A stretch of 64,000 nt of DNA from positions 15,093-79,092 of the forward strand of contig JBFLVJ010000006.1 in the NCBI GenBank assembly GCA_040758595.1. Reading direction: 5' to 3'. A program made the position numbers and the translations under genes. The number at the start of each line of letters is the position of its first letter. The stretch's first letter is position 1. Positions 63,358-64,000 of this stretch are shown here, one piece after another. Under the pieces are notes generated by a model. That model saw only the letters and a list, made by a program, of their open reading frames with translations, did not search any database and was not told where the DNA came from. This DNA is from Candidatus Micrarchaeota archaeon (GTDB lineage Archaea > Micrarchaeota > Micrarchaeia > Anstonellales > Bilamarchaeaceae).

Positions 63358-63924
63358 TCACTCGAGCTTCTTCAGCCCGTTCCACCATGAATTGGAATCG
63401 GTCTTCCTCATCTTGGCGAGTAGTTTTTTCGCGCTATCGGTCTTGAGACGCCCGTCTATGCTCTCTATCCAGCTCTCGGCGCCCCTGTGGCCGATGTCCA
63501 CGTACTCTTTGGCCTGGAAGGCGCACTCGAGATAATCAGCGTCTTTCAGTATCGCGCGCTCTTCTTCGGAAAGCTCCATCGTCCCGAGCACCGAACCTTT
63601 CAACTCGTCAGGCAGCGTCGCGGCCTGCTCCTCCTCGACCTTGCGCTCCAACTCCTTCGTGATCGTGACATATCCGTGCGTTATCTTGTTCATGTCGCCG
63701 AGCCGCGTCTCGTGCATGTCGTGGAAAGCGCCGGCGACGCATATCTTGCGGGCCTGCGCGTCGTCCATCCCTTCCATCCTGGCCAGCACGAACGCGACAA
63801 TGGAGGTCCTCCACGCGTGCTCGGCGACGCTCTCCGGATGCGTTATCTTCTCGGCCCACCAGCCGCTCCTCGCGGTGCGCTTGAGCATGCCCGCCTCGTA
63901 GATATACCTCACGATGGAGTCCAT
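63358..63924 (-). CDS. HD-domain hydrolase (YfbR/HDDC2-like 5'-deoxynucleotidase)
   Basis: LKRTARSGW, ESVAEH, HD..E...GD, DADYLE. Confidence 0.9.
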   Translation of the reverse strand: MDSIVRYIYEAGMLKRTARSGWWAEKITHPESVAEHAWRTSIVAFVLARMEGMDDAQARKICVAGAFHDMHETRLGDMNKITHGYVTITKELERKVEEEQAATLPDELKGSVLGTMELSEEERAILKDADYLECAFQAKEYVDIGHRGAESWIESIDGRLKTDSAKKLLAKMRKTDSNSWWNGLKKLE

Positions 63925-64000
63925 GGGTATACTTCCACAAAACAATTTTATAATAAATCATGCATGGCTGCGCCTCCAGCAGCCGGTTTTCGGTCTTGCC

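Overview
GC-rich archaeal chromosome segment. Archaeal markers (aTrm56, GGR, TtuA, TATA-type promoters, BHB tRNA introns) and a triple-intron tRNA-Ile(UAU) point to a DPANN lineage, probably Micrarchaeota; this is inference. Most of the window is housekeeping: folD start, HMG-CoA synthase, thyX, prs, phosphohexomutase, eno, pyrC, scpA, sepF, H+-PPase, a nine-gene bacterial-type shikimate/Phe/Tyr operon, an oxidative-stress cluster and a DRG GTPase. The main unexplained feature is a co-oriented 20-kb locus (11961-31760, minus strand). It encodes a small helical protein, a 2828-aa helical protein with a Gly/Ala-rich multi-TM segment, an SGNH-hydrolase fusion, and a 2827-aa exported protein. The last has an unrecognised helical repeat and a C-terminal region resembling a very large membrane beta-barrel ending in W, so the locus is a candidate envelope-spanning contact/translocation machine. 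Other points of note: dispersed heptamer/hairpin repeats that have entered ttuA in frame, and two candidate structured RNAs, one positioned as the 5' leader of hppA. All family calls are by eye, without database searches.
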